A stretch of 64,000 nucleotides of DNA from Spirochaetota bacterium (GCA_965208615.1 CBDBPB010000006.1:96001-160000), one strand, 5' to 3'. Positions 10,323-21,057 are shown, numbered from the stretch's first letter. Program-made: numbers and translations. Notes: generated by a model from the letters alone, not told the origin.

Positions 10323-11111
10323 ATGCTAACTTTGAATAAGTTTATTTTAGTTATATTATTTATTATTAGTTCTTCAAATATTAGTGGATATTATAAGCCA
10401 TATACAGTAAAAAAAGGGGATACTTTATGGTCTATAGCCAAAAAGCACCATATAGATTACTATACCCTTAAAAGGGCTAATAAAAATATTAATCATAGTA
10501 TGGTTGGTTATGGAGTTAGGATTAAGATTCCAGGTTATTTTCATGTTGTTGAAAGGGGGGATAGCATTTGGAATATAGCTAGACGTTATTCTATTAATCC
10601 TAAAAAGCTTTTAAATATCAATGGTATGACAATTAAAACAAGACTAAAGATTGGCATGACTATTTTGATTGGTAAAAAGCTAAAAAAAGATATAGCTAAG
10701 TATTTTTATAAACAAAAAAAAAAGTCTAATATATTTTGGCCTGTTAAAGGCAGGCTTATAAAGTCATTTGCTTGGGATAATAAGCTATTTTATTCGGGTA
10801 TTACTATAGACTCAAATGATAACAATATTAAGTCTATAAATAATGGCAGGGTAGTTTTTGCTGGTGTAGTAAGGGGATATGGTAATACTATAATAATTGA
10901 GCACTCTGGTTATACTAGTGTTTACTCATCCAAGGATATCAAACTTTATGTTAATAAGGGTGATTTAGTACGTCGTAATAAAGTTGTTGCATTTAAGGCA
11001 GATAATAAAGCTAATTTAAAGTTATTTTTTCAGTTATGGTTAAATAATAAGGCCATAGATCCAGTTAAATATTTTAAAAGGAGGCAAAATGGATTTAAGT
11101 TCTTTAATTAG
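10323..11111 (+). CDS. LysM peptidoglycan-binding / M23-family protein (NlpD-like)
   Basis: Signal peptide, two LysM repeats (YTVKKGDTLWSIA; HVVERGDSIWNIA), WPVKG, GYGNTIIIEH; M23 zinc ligands look degenerate. Confidence 0.85.
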   Translation: MLTLNKFILVILFIISSSNISGYYKPYTVKKGDTLWSIAKKHHIDYYTLKRANKNINHSMVGYGVRIKIPGYFHVVERGDSIWNIARRYSINPKKLLNINGMTIKTRLKIGMTILIGKKLKKDIAKYFYKQKKKSNIFWPVKGRLIKSFAWDNKLFYSGITIDSNDNNIKSINNGRVVFAGVVRGYGNTIIIEHSGYTSVYSSKDIKLYVNKGDLVRRNKVVAFKADNKANLKLFFQLWLNNKAIDPVKYFKRRQNGFKFFN

Positions 11112-11598
11112 GGATATACCAGACTGGCCTAAAAAAGGCGTAGTTTTTAAGGATATTACTGTATTATGGAAAGATCCGAAGGGATTAAGGGAATCTATTG
11201 ATAATTTAGCAGATAGGTATAAAAATAGTGGTATTAACAAGATAGTGGCCGCTGAATCAAGGGGTTTTATAATAGGTGCTCCTTTGGCATATCTTATAGG
11301 AGCCGGCTTTATACCTATTAGAAAGCCTGGTAAACTACCCTATAAGGTTATTACTCAGAATTATGAACTTGAATATGGAACAGATAGTCTATCCATACAC
11401 GAGGATGCCATAGATAAAGGGGACAGGGTATTAATTGCCGATGACCTTATTGCAACTGGAGGCACTATTGAGGCAATAATTAAATTAGTTAACTCTTTTG
11501 ATGCTGAGATAGTTGAGGTTTGTGCATTAGTTGAGTTAAAATTTCTTAATGCTAGTGCAAAGATAAGCAAGCCAGTATATTCTATTATTAAATATTAA
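11089..11598 (+). CDS. apt: Adenine phosphoribosyltransferase
   Basis: IRDIPDWPKKGVVFKDIT, ESRGF, RKPGKLP, YELEYG, IADDLIATGGT. Confidence 0.97.
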   Translation: MDLSSLIRDIPDWPKKGVVFKDITVLWKDPKGLRESIDNLADRYKNSGINKIVAAESRGFIIGAPLAYLIGAGFIPIRKPGKLPYKVITQNYELEYGTDSLSIHEDAIDKGDRVLIADDLIATGGTIEAIIKLVNSFDAEIVEVCALVELKFLNASAKISKPVYSIIKY

Positions 11599-12450
11599 TT
11601 AGTCTGACAGTGATATTAACATATTGTCTATTAGTCGGATATTTGATATATAAACTGCAATGGCAATTAATATAGTATTTAGGTTTATGATGGCAAGCTC
11701 GTTTAGGCTATTAGGATCGCATATTGAAACGTAGTCTATAGCTATATTTTTATTGTTCAAGTAGTTTATAATGGAGTTTTTTATAATATCTGATTTTTTT
11801 TGATTATGTTTAATTATGTTTTCTGCTAGTTTTAGGCTTTTATATACTGCTGAAGCTTGTTTACGTTCTTTAGTGTTTAGATAAGTGTTCCTAGAGCTAA
11901 TAGCAAGGCCGTCTTTTTCTCTTATTGTTGGTAGAATCTTAAGTTTTATGGGTATATTTAAGTCTTTTATTAGCTGTTTAATAATTAGGGATTGCTGATA
12001 GTCTTTTTGACCGAAGTATGCAATAGTTGGCATAATAATATTAAACAGTTTTGTACAAATAGTTAATACCCCCCTAAAGTGGCTGGGTCTTGATATTCCA
12101 CATAGTTTATTACTTAGGTTTTCTATACTTACGTATGATAAATGATCTTCTTTGTATATATCTTCAGCATTGGGCATAAATAGATAATCTATATTTAGGG
12201 TTTTTAGTTTATTAATATCTGAGTCTATTGGTTTGGGATATTTATTAAAGTCTTCGTTGGCAGAGAATTGGCTTGGATTAACAAATATGCTGACTGTGGA
12301 TATATTATTTTCTTTAAGGGATTCTTTAATTAGGGACAGATGACCATTATGTATGGCACCCATAGTTGGTACAAAGCCTAGAGATTTATTGCTTTTTATT
12401 AGCGATATAGCTATTTTCTGCATTTCTTTAGGGGATTTAATAATTTTCAT
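11599..12450 (-). CDS. panC: Pantoate--beta-alanine ligase
   Basis: GFVPTMGAIHNGH, SIFVNPSQF, FGQKDYQQ, REKDGLAISSRN, RLIDN. Confidence 0.97.
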   Translation of the reverse strand: MKIIKSPKEMQKIAISLIKSNKSLGFVPTMGAIHNGHLSLIKESLKENNISTVSIFVNPSQFSANEDFNKYPKPIDSDINKLKTLNIDYLFMPNAEDIYKEDHLSYVSIENLSNKLCGISRPSHFRGVLTICTKLFNIIMPTIAYFGQKDYQQSLIIKQLIKDLNIPIKLKILPTIREKDGLAISSRNTYLNTKERKQASAVYKSLKLAENIIKHNQKKSDIIKNSIINYLNNKNIAIDYVSICDPNSLNELAIINLNTILIAIAVYISNIRLIDNMLISLSD

Positions 12451-13949
12451 TTTGCTTTACAGGCATAGTCATATTTTCTTTTATTCTCTATAGCTTTACT
12501 GTATAGCGATTCATATTCTTTAGAGCTTTTATCCCACGAGAAGTTTTTAGTCATAGCAGAGTCAATTAGTTTATTTATATGGCTTGGTCTATCGTAATAT
12601 GTACTAATAGCCCATCCTATGGTATAATATAGAGCTTTTGAAGACGGTTCCCAAAACTTAAATCCTGTTCCTTCACCGTTCTGTTCATTGTAGTTAGTCA
12701 CAGTGTCGTCCAATCCTCCTGTAGCTCTTACTATTGGCAATGTGCCGTATTTTAGTGAGTATATTTGGGTTAGTCCACATGGCTCATACATTGAGGGCAT
12801 TACTAAAAAGTCGCATCCTCCTTGTATTAGGTGAGCCATTGTATTATTAAACCCTGTATACAGTGAAAATTGGCCTTTAAATTTATTGGCTATTTTAGTA
12901 AAATACTCTTCTAAAAGAGGTTCACCAGAACCTAATATAATGAACTGTACATGCATATCGGATAATATATTATGAATTACTTCTGCTATTAGGTTAAATC
13001 CTTTTTGGCTTACAAAGCGTCCTATTGCACCAATTAAGGCAATATTTTTATCTTGATTAAGGTTTAGTTGTTTTTGTAATTCTATTTTGCATTTTAACTT
13101 ACCTGATCTATCACTTATAGAGTAGTTGGCTGGTAGAAGAGGGTTTTTTTCTGGAGACCACTCATTATAATCTACACCATTTAATATTCCTAAAAAGCTA
13201 TCTTTTTTATTGGATAGGTATGGAGCTAATCCAAAGCCTCCAAAGGGTTTGGAGATTTCTTTGGCGTATGTTGGGCTTACGGTATTTACTATGTCAGAGA
13301 AGAATATACCCCCTTTTAGGAAGTTAATACTGCCGTAGCATTCAAATATATCTGGGGTAAAATTATGCTTACCTAGTCCAAGATAGTCGTAATTGCTTTT
13401 GGGATAAATACCTTGGTATGCGGCATTATGGATAGTTAAAACAGATGCAGAATTACCTATCCATTTATCATTAAAGTCCCATATTTTAAGGTATGCACTA
13501 GCTAATGCACTTTGCCAGTCATGGGAGTGTATAATATCTGGTTTATATTTTATATCCTTACATAGTTGTAGTGCGGCTTTTGTTAGAAAAGCGAATCTTT
13601 TGGGATTATCACTATAATCATTCATTAGGGAGTCGTGATATAGTCCTGATCTGCTAAAGTATAGATGGTGTTCTACAAAATAGACGGTTATATTTTCTTC
13701 TAGATTAGTCATAAACACTGAACACCATTCAACAGTGTTACCCATCCACACGCCCATGGTATTTAGGGTAGTATTTACAGTATAATTTTTTAAGTTGAGC
13801 TCAGAATATTTTGGTATTACTATTTTAATGTTATGGCCTAATTTAGTTAGATATTTTGGAAGACTGCCTAGAACATCAGCCAGCCCACCTGTTTTGATAA
13901 AGGGAGTCATTTCTGAGGCAATCATTAATATATTTAGTTTTTTAGGCAT
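12447..13949 (-). CDS. glgA: Glycogen synthase
   Basis: KTGGLADV, IIHSHDWQ, TIHN, MPSMYEPCGLTQ, TGGLDDTV. Confidence 0.96.
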   Translation of the reverse strand: MPKKLNILMIASEMTPFIKTGGLADVLGSLPKYLTKLGHNIKIVIPKYSELNLKNYTVNTTLNTMGVWMGNTVEWCSVFMTNLEENITVYFVEHHLYFSRSGLYHDSLMNDYSDNPKRFAFLTKAALQLCKDIKYKPDIIHSHDWQSALASAYLKIWDFNDKWIGNSASVLTIHNAAYQGIYPKSNYDYLGLGKHNFTPDIFECYGSINFLKGGIFFSDIVNTVSPTYAKEISKPFGGFGLAPYLSNKKDSFLGILNGVDYNEWSPEKNPLLPANYSISDRSGKLKCKIELQKQLNLNQDKNIALIGAIGRFVSQKGFNLIAEVIHNILSDMHVQFIILGSGEPLLEEYFTKIANKFKGQFSLYTGFNNTMAHLIQGGCDFLVMPSMYEPCGLTQIYSLKYGTLPIVRATGGLDDTVTNYNEQNGEGTGFKFWEPSSKALYYTIGWAISTYYDRPSHINKLIDSAMTKNFSWDKSSKEYESLYSKAIENKRKYDYACKAK

Positions 13950-14082
13950 AATAGACCTTTATATATGGATAATTAGTTAGGGTTGATTAGTATATTTAAA
14001 AGTTAATTTTTGTTATCTATAGAATCGGTATATAACAAGTTACTAAAATAAAACAAAATATTAAAGTTTAAAAGTTATTTTT

Positions 14083-15138
14083 TTACTGGTTTGTATATAA
14101 GGTATTTCGTTTAAATGGAATAAAACCAGCTTCTTTGATTAGCTTTATCATTTTGGATTCATTTAGTTTATAGTTAGTTCCAGCAGACTTAACAACGTTT
14201 TCTTCTATCATTATTGATCCTAAATCGTTAGCACCAAATCTAAGGGATAGTTGTCCAATTTCTTCACCTTGAGTTACCCATGATCCCTGGATGTTTTTTA
14301 TGTTATCAATAAATATTCTACTAATGGCTAAGGTTTTTAAATAGTCATAGCATGAACTAGGTTTAACATTTAATTTAGAATTACCTTTTTGGAATGTCCA
14401 TGGGATAAATGCAGTAAATCCGTTAGTTTTATCTTGTAGATCTCTTATTTTAGTTATATGTTCAATGCGGTCATCGATGGACTCAATATGTCCAAACATC
14501 ATAGTAGCAGTGGTTTTCAGGTTAAGGCTGTGAGCAGTTTTCATAACATATAACCAGTCATGGCTGGTGTATTTATTAGGACTAATTTCTTTTCGTATTG
14601 AGTCAACTAGTATTTCTGCACCACCACCGGGTATAGAGTTTAATCCAGCATTTATTAGTTTAGCGATAGTTTCTTTTATAGAAATATTATTTATCTTGCT
14701 AATGTAGGTAATTTCAGGGGGCGAGAAAGCGTGAATATGAATATCACAAACACTTTTAATAAACTTTAACAGTGATGTATAAAAGTCAATTTTAAGTTTT
14801 GGATTTAGTCCCCCTTGTAGTAGTATTCCTGTTCCATTAAGGGATTTAGTTTCCAATATTTTTTGTTTTATACTATCATTATCCAAAACATAATAGTTAT
14901 TATGGTCTATTTCTTTATAGAAGGCACAAAACTTACACTTAGATATACATCCATTGGTATAATTAATATTTCTGTCTATAATGTATGAGGCAGTATTTGG
15001 ATTACATTTATTTAGCCTTATATGATGTGCAAGATCGGCTAATGTTAATATATCAGTGTTAGTAAAGAGTATTTTAGCTTCGTTAGGAGTTATACGTTTT
15101 AGGTTATATGCTTTTTTTAGTATGTTTTTTTCTTTCAT
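14083..15138 (-). CDS. mqnC: Cyclic dehypoxanthinyl futalosine synthase (radical SAM)
   Basis: IDRNINYTNGCISKCKFCAF, LLQGG, IQGSWVTQG, GANDLGSIMIEENVV. Confidence 0.92.
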   Translation of the reverse strand: MKEKNILKKAYNLKRITPNEAKILFTNTDILTLADLAHHIRLNKCNPNTASYIIDRNINYTNGCISKCKFCAFYKEIDHNNYYVLDNDSIKQKILETKSLNGTGILLQGGLNPKLKIDFYTSLLKFIKSVCDIHIHAFSPPEITYISKINNISIKETIAKLINAGLNSIPGGGAEILVDSIRKEISPNKYTSHDWLYVMKTAHSLNLKTTATMMFGHIESIDDRIEHITKIRDLQDKTNGFTAFIPWTFQKGNSKLNVKPSSCYDYLKTLAISRIFIDNIKNIQGSWVTQGEEIGQLSLRFGANDLGSIMIEENVVKSAGTNYKLNESKMIKLIKEAGFIPFKRNTLYTNQ

Positions 15139-15149
15139 GAGTATTAAAA

Positions 15150-15944
15150 TTAATATAATTTAATTTGATTTATATTGTTTAGTAGTTTTTTATTATAGAG
15201 CATTTTTTGATAGAGATAGACTGCCTGTTTTTCGTAGTAGTCCAGTTCATAATGGAGATAGCTTTTAAAATACTGCTGTAAAAAGTTATTATTATATTGG
15301 TGTTGGTTTATAATTTTATCGTTTATAATTTTATCAATGTTATTTAGTCCAAGTTTCTTACTATTTAAGAGGTCATTTTTGATGGATAAGTTTTTTGTTT
15401 TACTTGCCCAAACGGCAAATACAAATGGTAGACCTGTCCAATTGTTCCAGGCTTCACCAAGGTCAATATACTTATTGTAGTGGTGTTTGATTGCGTTATC
15501 CCCAATTAGCAGATAGGCATCATAGTTATCCTTATTTTTTATGAGGTTTTGTGGATTATCTAAGATAAAGTTACATTTTATTTTATAATAGTCTGCGGTT
15601 AAGAGTTTTAAAAGGTTTATGGAAGACAATGAGCTATTATCTAACCCAATAGATTTTACTGATTTTATTTCTTTATTTAGTATAAGTATTACAGATCCAG
15701 CCTTATTATGACAGGCAATAGATATTCCATCTATTACGTATAAATCTTTTCTTTTAAGGACTTCAAATATTGGTAATAGAGCGGCTTCTATATTGGAGTT
15801 GTCAAGGTGATATCCAAGGTTTGATGGTATATCTTTTATCATTATATATTTTTTTAGATAGGTTGTTATGGGTAGGATATTTATATAGGGTACTACGCCT
15901 AGTTTTTTCAATTTATATCTCGTTATAGAAAGAGTCTCGTTCAA
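15150..15944 (-). CDS. mqnA: Chorismate dehydratase (futalosine pathway)
   Basis: LGVVPYINILP, LLIGDNA, DLGEAWNNWTGLPFVFAVW; lies between mqnE and mqnC. Confidence 0.9.
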   Translation of the reverse strand: MNETLSITRYKLKKLGVVPYINILPITTYLKKYIMIKDIPSNLGYHLDNSNIEAALLPIFEVLKRKDLYVIDGISIACHNKAGSVILILNKEIKSVKSIGLDNSSLSSINLLKLLTADYYKIKCNFILDNPQNLIKNKDNYDAYLLIGDNAIKHHYNKYIDLGEAWNNWTGLPFVFAVWASKTKNLSIKNDLLNSKKLGLNNIDKIINDKIINQHQYNNNFLQQYFKSYLHYELDYYEKQAVYLYQKMLYNKKLLNNINQIKLY

Positions 15945-17007
15945 CTGGTATTTTACCGGATTCTTTAATTAAACTAATAAGTTCATTTTTATTTAGCATA
16001 TATGGACTATTTGATCCAGCCGCATGGGTAATTTTTTCTTCGAGTATTGTACCATCAATATCATTGGCACCAAAATTAAGGGATAGTTGAGCTATTTTAA
16101 CCCCTAGCATAACCCAATAGGCTTTTATATGGGGTATATTATTAAGGAATATCCTAGATATTGCAATAGTTTTTAGTATATCTATACCAGTAGTCTTTTT
16201 TGAAGATAAGGAATTATTTTTAGGGTGATAAACAAGGGGTATAAAGGATAGGAATCCATTATACTTATTTTGAGTTTCTCTTAGCTTGTTTAGATGGTCA
16301 ACTCTATCTTCGTAAGACTCAATATGCCCCATTAGCATAGTGGCATTAGATTTAATATTAAGGGAGTGGGCAATATTGTGTATGTTTAGCCATTCATCGC
16401 CGGATATTTTATCAGGACATATTTTCTTTCTTATTTTGGGTTCAAATATCTCTGCACCTCCTCCTGCTAAGGCATTCAATCCGTTATCCATTAATTCTAT
16501 TAAGACCTGCCTTGTTGATATAGAAAAGAGCTTAGAAAAGTTATGTATTTCTATAGCTGTAAATGCTTTTATACAAACGTCATTGTTTATATCTTTTATT
16601 GACCTAAGCATTTCTTTGTAGTAAGAAAAGGGTAGTTTTGGATGTATACCTCCTACAATGTGAATTTCTTTAATATTTTTATTATTAAATTCTATAAGCT
16701 TGTTTTTAATACTCTCTATTGTCATTATGTATGAGTCATTATCATTTTCCACTCTCTTAAAAGAGCAGAAAGAACATGTATTAACACATATATTTGAGTA
16801 GTTTATATGTCCATTTAGTATAAAGAATACCTTATTGTTATGGAGTTTGGTTTTTATTTTGTTAGCAATAATGCCTATTTTTATAATGTCATTACTATTA
16901 AACAGAGTTAAGGCATCATTTTTAGTGATAGGGATATTGTTTTTAACTTTTTTATAAATTGTATATAATTCTGATTTATTACTAATTTCAGGTTTATCTA
17001 TAATCAA
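15913..17007 (-). CDS. mqnE: Aminofutalosine synthase (radical SAM)
   Basis: HINYSNICVNTCSFCSF, IHIVGG, HIKAYWVMLG, GANDIDGTILEEKITHAAG. Confidence 0.92.
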   Translation of the reverse strand: MIIDKPEISNKSELYTIYKKVKNNIPITKNDALTLFNSNDIIKIGIIANKIKTKLHNNKVFFILNGHINYSNICVNTCSFCSFKRVENDNDSYIMTIESIKNKLIEFNNKNIKEIHIVGGIHPKLPFSYYKEMLRSIKDINNDVCIKAFTAIEIHNFSKLFSISTRQVLIELMDNGLNALAGGGAEIFEPKIRKKICPDKISGDEWLNIHNIAHSLNIKSNATMLMGHIESYEDRVDHLNKLRETQNKYNGFLSFIPLVYHPKNNSLSSKKTTGIDILKTIAISRIFLNNIPHIKAYWVMLGVKIAQLSLNFGANDIDGTILEEKITHAAGSNSPYMLNKNELISLIKESGKIPVERDSFYNEI

Positions 17008-17128
17008 CTGTATTTCCTTACCAGCTTAAAATTATATTAGATCATATAAAAATAGAAAACCTATAAAGATAAGTCAATTTTTTTAATTTCACTATGGTTT
17101 GTGTAAAAGTTATAGGCATATTATTAGG

Positions 17129-17997
17129 TTAGCTAAAGGCCTTAGATTTAATTTTTGTATAATATTTTATATATTTTTCTTTGTTAACTTGATAATATAG
17201 TAATACAACAAGGTTTAGCATAAACAAAAATGGCGTTAAAAAGTGTTTTAGGTATATAAAAATGTATATATTATTGCTATAGTTTATTTTTAATATTGCT
17301 AAGGGATTGGTTTTATTTTTTAGCTTTAGTAGTATTATATTGTAGATGAAGTTTATGTCTAAATATATTAGGGCGATTATGGAGAGTTTAATTACTATTA
17401 ATATTATAAAAGACAGCATGAATATTACTTCGATTATTTTGTTATAGTATAGTTTATTAAAAAGGTATAGGATCCATACTAATAGGCATAACTTTGTATA
17501 AAATAATAGTTCTCCATACAAATAGTTATATTTAAGCGTTAGGTGAAGGAATAGCACTATACCTTCTATTATTAAAAAGGTTATAAAGACATTTAAAAAA
17601 GCTTTTAGCGAGTCTATTTTAATAATTTGTTTTAATTTATTGACTGCCAATATTATTAAAATATTACCAAAAGGGAGATAATAGAGCTTTATTGTTGGTA
17701 TATTATTTTTTATCCAATTTTCTGCAAAGGTATTTTTTAACCAGTTCAATATTGGAATATCAATAGTTAGCGTAGATATAGCCATAAATGAGGTTAAACT
17801 GTATATGTGATTTTCTATTAATTTGTCTATGTTCAAAAAATATAGGGTTATTATTTGTAAGAGCAAAAAAAAAACAAACTTAGGCCAATAATGGGATAAA
17901 TTATTCCTAGTTCAATTAAGGAGTTATTTAATTCCCTAAAGTTTATCCTTCTTAAGAGCTTATTTATTTTTATAGGGGATAGTTTTTTTTCATTCAT
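17129..17997 (-). CDS. Multi-TM hypothetical membrane protein, frameshifted at a T10 tract
   Basis: ATG at 17997 reads MNEKKLSPIK...IIGLSLFFF into T10 (17865-17874); one more T joins it to the 245-aa hydrophobic ORF. Confidence 0.55.
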
Positions 17998-18018
17998 AGT
18001 CTATTTAGGGCATTAGCT

Positions 18019-18585
18019 TTATTTGGATAGATTAGTTAATCCAGAGGCAATTTTATCAATAGGTAATATATTGTCATGTAGGTTTTCATTAATTACTGTT
18101 TGTGGTAAATCTGATATAAAGCATGTAGAAGGGCTTTGAACAATGACATTACCTTTTTCATTTTTCAACATTTTTATATTATCAATAAGGTCTTTCTCTA
18201 GAGAGATACCGGTTAAAACAGTTAATATGATAGAGTTCTTATAATATTCAATAGCTTCTTTTATGGTATTAGAGATAGATGGTGTATTATCACTATCTAT
18301 GGACTTAATAAGTCTGAATTTATTATTGAGAAAGGCAATATCATATCCCCCTGGTATTAGAACGGCTTCATTTTTAGTTATAGGTCTATCATCAAAAGCG
18401 ACTCTAACTTTAAGGGGACTAATTTCATTTAATGCTTCTGCTAAGCTTTCAGCAAATATACCCGGTGGTATTCTTTGAACAATAATTATTGGAATAGAAA
18501 AATCTTTTGGCATTTGTTTTAATATTATTCTTAGAGCACTTGGCCCACCAGTTGAAGCAGCTATTATAATAAAATTATAAGACAT
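18019..18585 (-). CDS. Stand-alone CheB methylesterase-like protein with degenerate active site
   Basis: AASTGGPSAL retained; VQRIP instead of VQHMP; LTGISLEKD instead of LTGMGxDG; VIVQSPSTC. Confidence 0.8.
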   Translation of the reverse strand: MSYNFIIIAASTGGPSALRIILKQMPKDFSIPIIIVQRIPPGIFAESLAEALNEISPLKVRVAFDDRPITKNEAVLIPGGYDIAFLNNKFRLIKSIDSDNTPSISNTIKEAIEYYKNSIILTVLTGISLEKDLIDNIKMLKNEKGNVIVQSPSTCFISDLPQTVINENLHDNILPIDKIASGLTNLSK

Positions 18586-18614
18586 AAATAATCCTAGCCA
18601 TCTATTTCTTTAAT

Positions 18615-18643
18615 ATAATAGTTTTTCTTTTGTCAGTTGTCAA
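18615..18643 (-). promoter_or_regulatory. Sigma70-type promoter for the CheB-like gene
   Basis: TTGACA-N17-TATTAT on the minus strand about 30 nt before the ATG. Confidence 0.6.
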
Positions 18644-18671
18644 GACTATTTATCAAATTTATGATAATTTC

Positions 18672-20147
18672 TTAAACTTTGACTTCTGGTTTATAATCTT
18701 CTATAATAGATTTTTGAGATAATAATATAGGGTTTACTTCAGAATTAATAAAGTCATCCACCTGAGTACTACAAAGACCAGTATAATGTTCTTTTTTTAT
18801 CATACTGATTATATCCTTTTCTGAAAATGGTATTTTTTCATGTTTACCAAGGAGTTTTAGTAGTGGATTCTCCTCTCCGTATTCTTTAATACGTTTTACA
18901 GACTCAATAGAGAGCTGACGTATAATTTCGTGTACTTCTTGTCTATCTTTTCCTAGTTTTACAGACTCCATAAGTATATTTTCTGTAAACATAAAAGGTA
19001 ATTCATTGAATAGATGTTTTTCAATAACTTTTTCATTAACCTTAACCCCCCTAATAATGTTATGAAATAGAGTGATAACAGCTTCAGCTCCCATAAATGC
19101 TTCGGGAATTGAGAGTCTTTTATTAGCGCTATCATCTAGGGTACGTTCAAGCCATTGGTTTGCCCCAGTAAAAGCGGCATTTTGAGTAATATTAATGACA
19201 TACCTAGCTAAGCTAGCTATTCGTTCTGACTGCATAGGATTTTTTTTATAAGCCATTGCAGATGAGCCAATTTGTTTATCTTTAAAAGGTTCTTCTAGTT
19301 CGGATAGGTTTTGCAAAAGTCGCATATCATTACTAAATTTGTATGCACTTTGGGATATAGCACTTAACAAAGATAAAATACGATAATCGACTTTCCGAGA
19401 ATAGGTTTGTCCGGTTACTAAGGCTGGTTTACTAAAGCCCATTTCTTTAGTTACCATACTATCTAAAGACTTAACTTTATCAGCATTACCATCAAATAGT
19501 TTCAGAAATGAATTTTGTGTACCTGTAGTTCCTTTAACCCCTCTAAAAGGTATGTTGTCTATAACGAAGTTGAGTTCATGATAGTCATATACAAGTTCTT
19601 GGAGCCATAATGAGCCTCGTTTACCTACGGTAGTTGGTTGAGCAGGCTGAAAGTGCGTAAACCCTAAGGTTGCCATATCCTTATATTTTAGGCTAAACTT
19701 TTTAAGTTCTGCTATAAGGCCTAAGAGCTTTTTTTTAATTAACTCTAAAGCGGATTTCATTTGAATTAGATCGGTATTATCTAATACGTATGCACTAGTG
19801 GCTCCAAGATGTATAATTTTTTTAGCATTAGGACATTGTAGGCCATAAGCATAAATATGACTCATTACCTCATGCCTTGTTTTTTTTTCTTGTTCCCATG
19901 CAATATCATAATTAATGTTATTTTGATTAGCAATTAGTTCATTAATTTGTTTTTCTGTTATTTTTAGGCCCAGTTTTTTTTGACTTACTGCTAGGGCAAC
20001 CCATAATTTTCGCCAGTTTTTAAAACGAAACTCTGGAGAAAAGATATAACTCATATTTTTCGAGCAATATCTATGGGTTAGTGGATTTTGATAGATTTTG
20101 TTATTTTCGTTAATCAAGGTAATCTTATCGTAGTGAATAAACTTCAT
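18672..20147 (-). CDS. purB: Adenylosuccinate lyase
   Basis: IIHLGATS, GFTHFQPAQ, QIGSSAMAYKKNPMQSERI, QWLERTLDDSA; the true start may be slightly downstream. Confidence 0.96.
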   Translation of the reverse strand: MKFIHYDKITLINENNKIYQNPLTHRYCSKNMSYIFSPEFRFKNWRKLWVALAVSQKKLGLKITEKQINELIANQNNINYDIAWEQEKKTRHEVMSHIYAYGLQCPNAKKIIHLGATSAYVLDNTDLIQMKSALELIKKKLLGLIAELKKFSLKYKDMATLGFTHFQPAQPTTVGKRGSLWLQELVYDYHELNFVIDNIPFRGVKGTTGTQNSFLKLFDGNADKVKSLDSMVTKEMGFSKPALVTGQTYSRKVDYRILSLLSAISQSAYKFSNDMRLLQNLSELEEPFKDKQIGSSAMAYKKNPMQSERIASLARYVINITQNAAFTGANQWLERTLDDSANKRLSIPEAFMGAEAVITLFHNIIRGVKVNEKVIEKHLFNELPFMFTENILMESVKLGKDRQEVHEIIRQLSIESVKRIKEYGEENPLLKLLGKHEKIPFSEKDIISMIKKEHYTGLCSTQVDDFINSEVNPILLSQKSIIEDYKPEVKV

Positions 20148-20472
20148 CTTTTATAGGTAAACTTTTTCTTAAATCTTTCAAGTATGATTTTAGTTCACCC
20201 ATGGGTTCGTAAATATCGCATTCTTCTACAGTTCTTCTAGCTACTGTAAAGAATTTATAGATTTTTTCTTCTCCTAATTTTTTCTTCCATTTTTTAGCAA
20301 TACATTTTACACGAAGTACATATTGCTCATCACCTGTAGAGGTTCTAAGTAAAACGCAATAAACACAGTTTGCGCAATAGACTCTCCCTTCATCATTGTC
20401 GTTATTGGACAACTGTTTAGCTTTGTCGAAGTCAGAAGTAACTTCTTTAGATTTACGTTGAGTAACCTCCAT
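20125..20472 (-). CDS. Small Cys-rich hypothetical protein
   Basis: Good SD (AGGAG), C-x2-C-x2-C motif plus two further Cys. Confidence 0.75.
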   Translation of the reverse strand: MEVTQRKSKEVTSDFDKAKQLSNNDNDEGRVYCANCVYCVLLRTSTGDEQYVLRVKCIAKKWKKKLGEEKIYKFFTVARRTVEECDIYEPMGELKSYLKDLRKSLPIKDEVYSLR

Positions 20473-20670
20473 AATTTTTCTCCTTGTTGTTTTTAAGTAG
20501 TTATTAAAAACCTTTTCTAGTATGAAAATACAAACAGTAGCTCTATTATAACTAAAGCTACAAATAAAACTAGCCTTATGATTATGTAAAATAATTACGT
20601 AATCAAAAAATAAACCTTTTAGTTTATAAAGTCAACATAATTTTTCAAAGCCCTTTATAACAAAGATAGT

Positions 20671-21057
20671 TTATTGTTCAGAGATAAATAACTTATATTC
20701 ACTTTCATTTTTGAGTTTTTCTAACTCATTTATATCTTTTATTTGTATTTTAATAAGCCATCCTTTATTAGTGGGATCAGAATTAATAACTTCAGGTTTT
20801 TCAATAACCATATTATTTATATCAGTTATAGCTCCAGATACTGGTGTATAGATGTCAGATACAGCCTTTACTGATTCAATAGTACTAAAGCATTCTCCAA
20901 TTTTAATGTTGTCTCCTTTTTTTGTTATTAAATCTAAAAACACAATATCACCTAGTTCACTTTGTGCATAATCAGTAATACCGATAGTAGCAATATCATT
21001 ATTTAGTTTAACCCACTCATGGGTATCAGTAAAAAATAAGTTATCCATAGTAACCAT
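20671..21057 (-). CDS. gcvH: Glycine cleavage system H protein
   Basis: THEWV, GITDYAQSELGDIVF, lipoyl-Lys in IESVKAVSD, GWLIKI. Confidence 0.96.
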   Translation of the reverse strand: MVTMDNLFFTDTHEWVKLNNDIATIGITDYAQSELGDIVFLDLITKKGDNIKIGECFSTIESVKAVSDIYTPVSGAITDINNMVIEKPEVINSDPTNKGWLIKIQIKDINELEKLKNESEYKLFISEQ

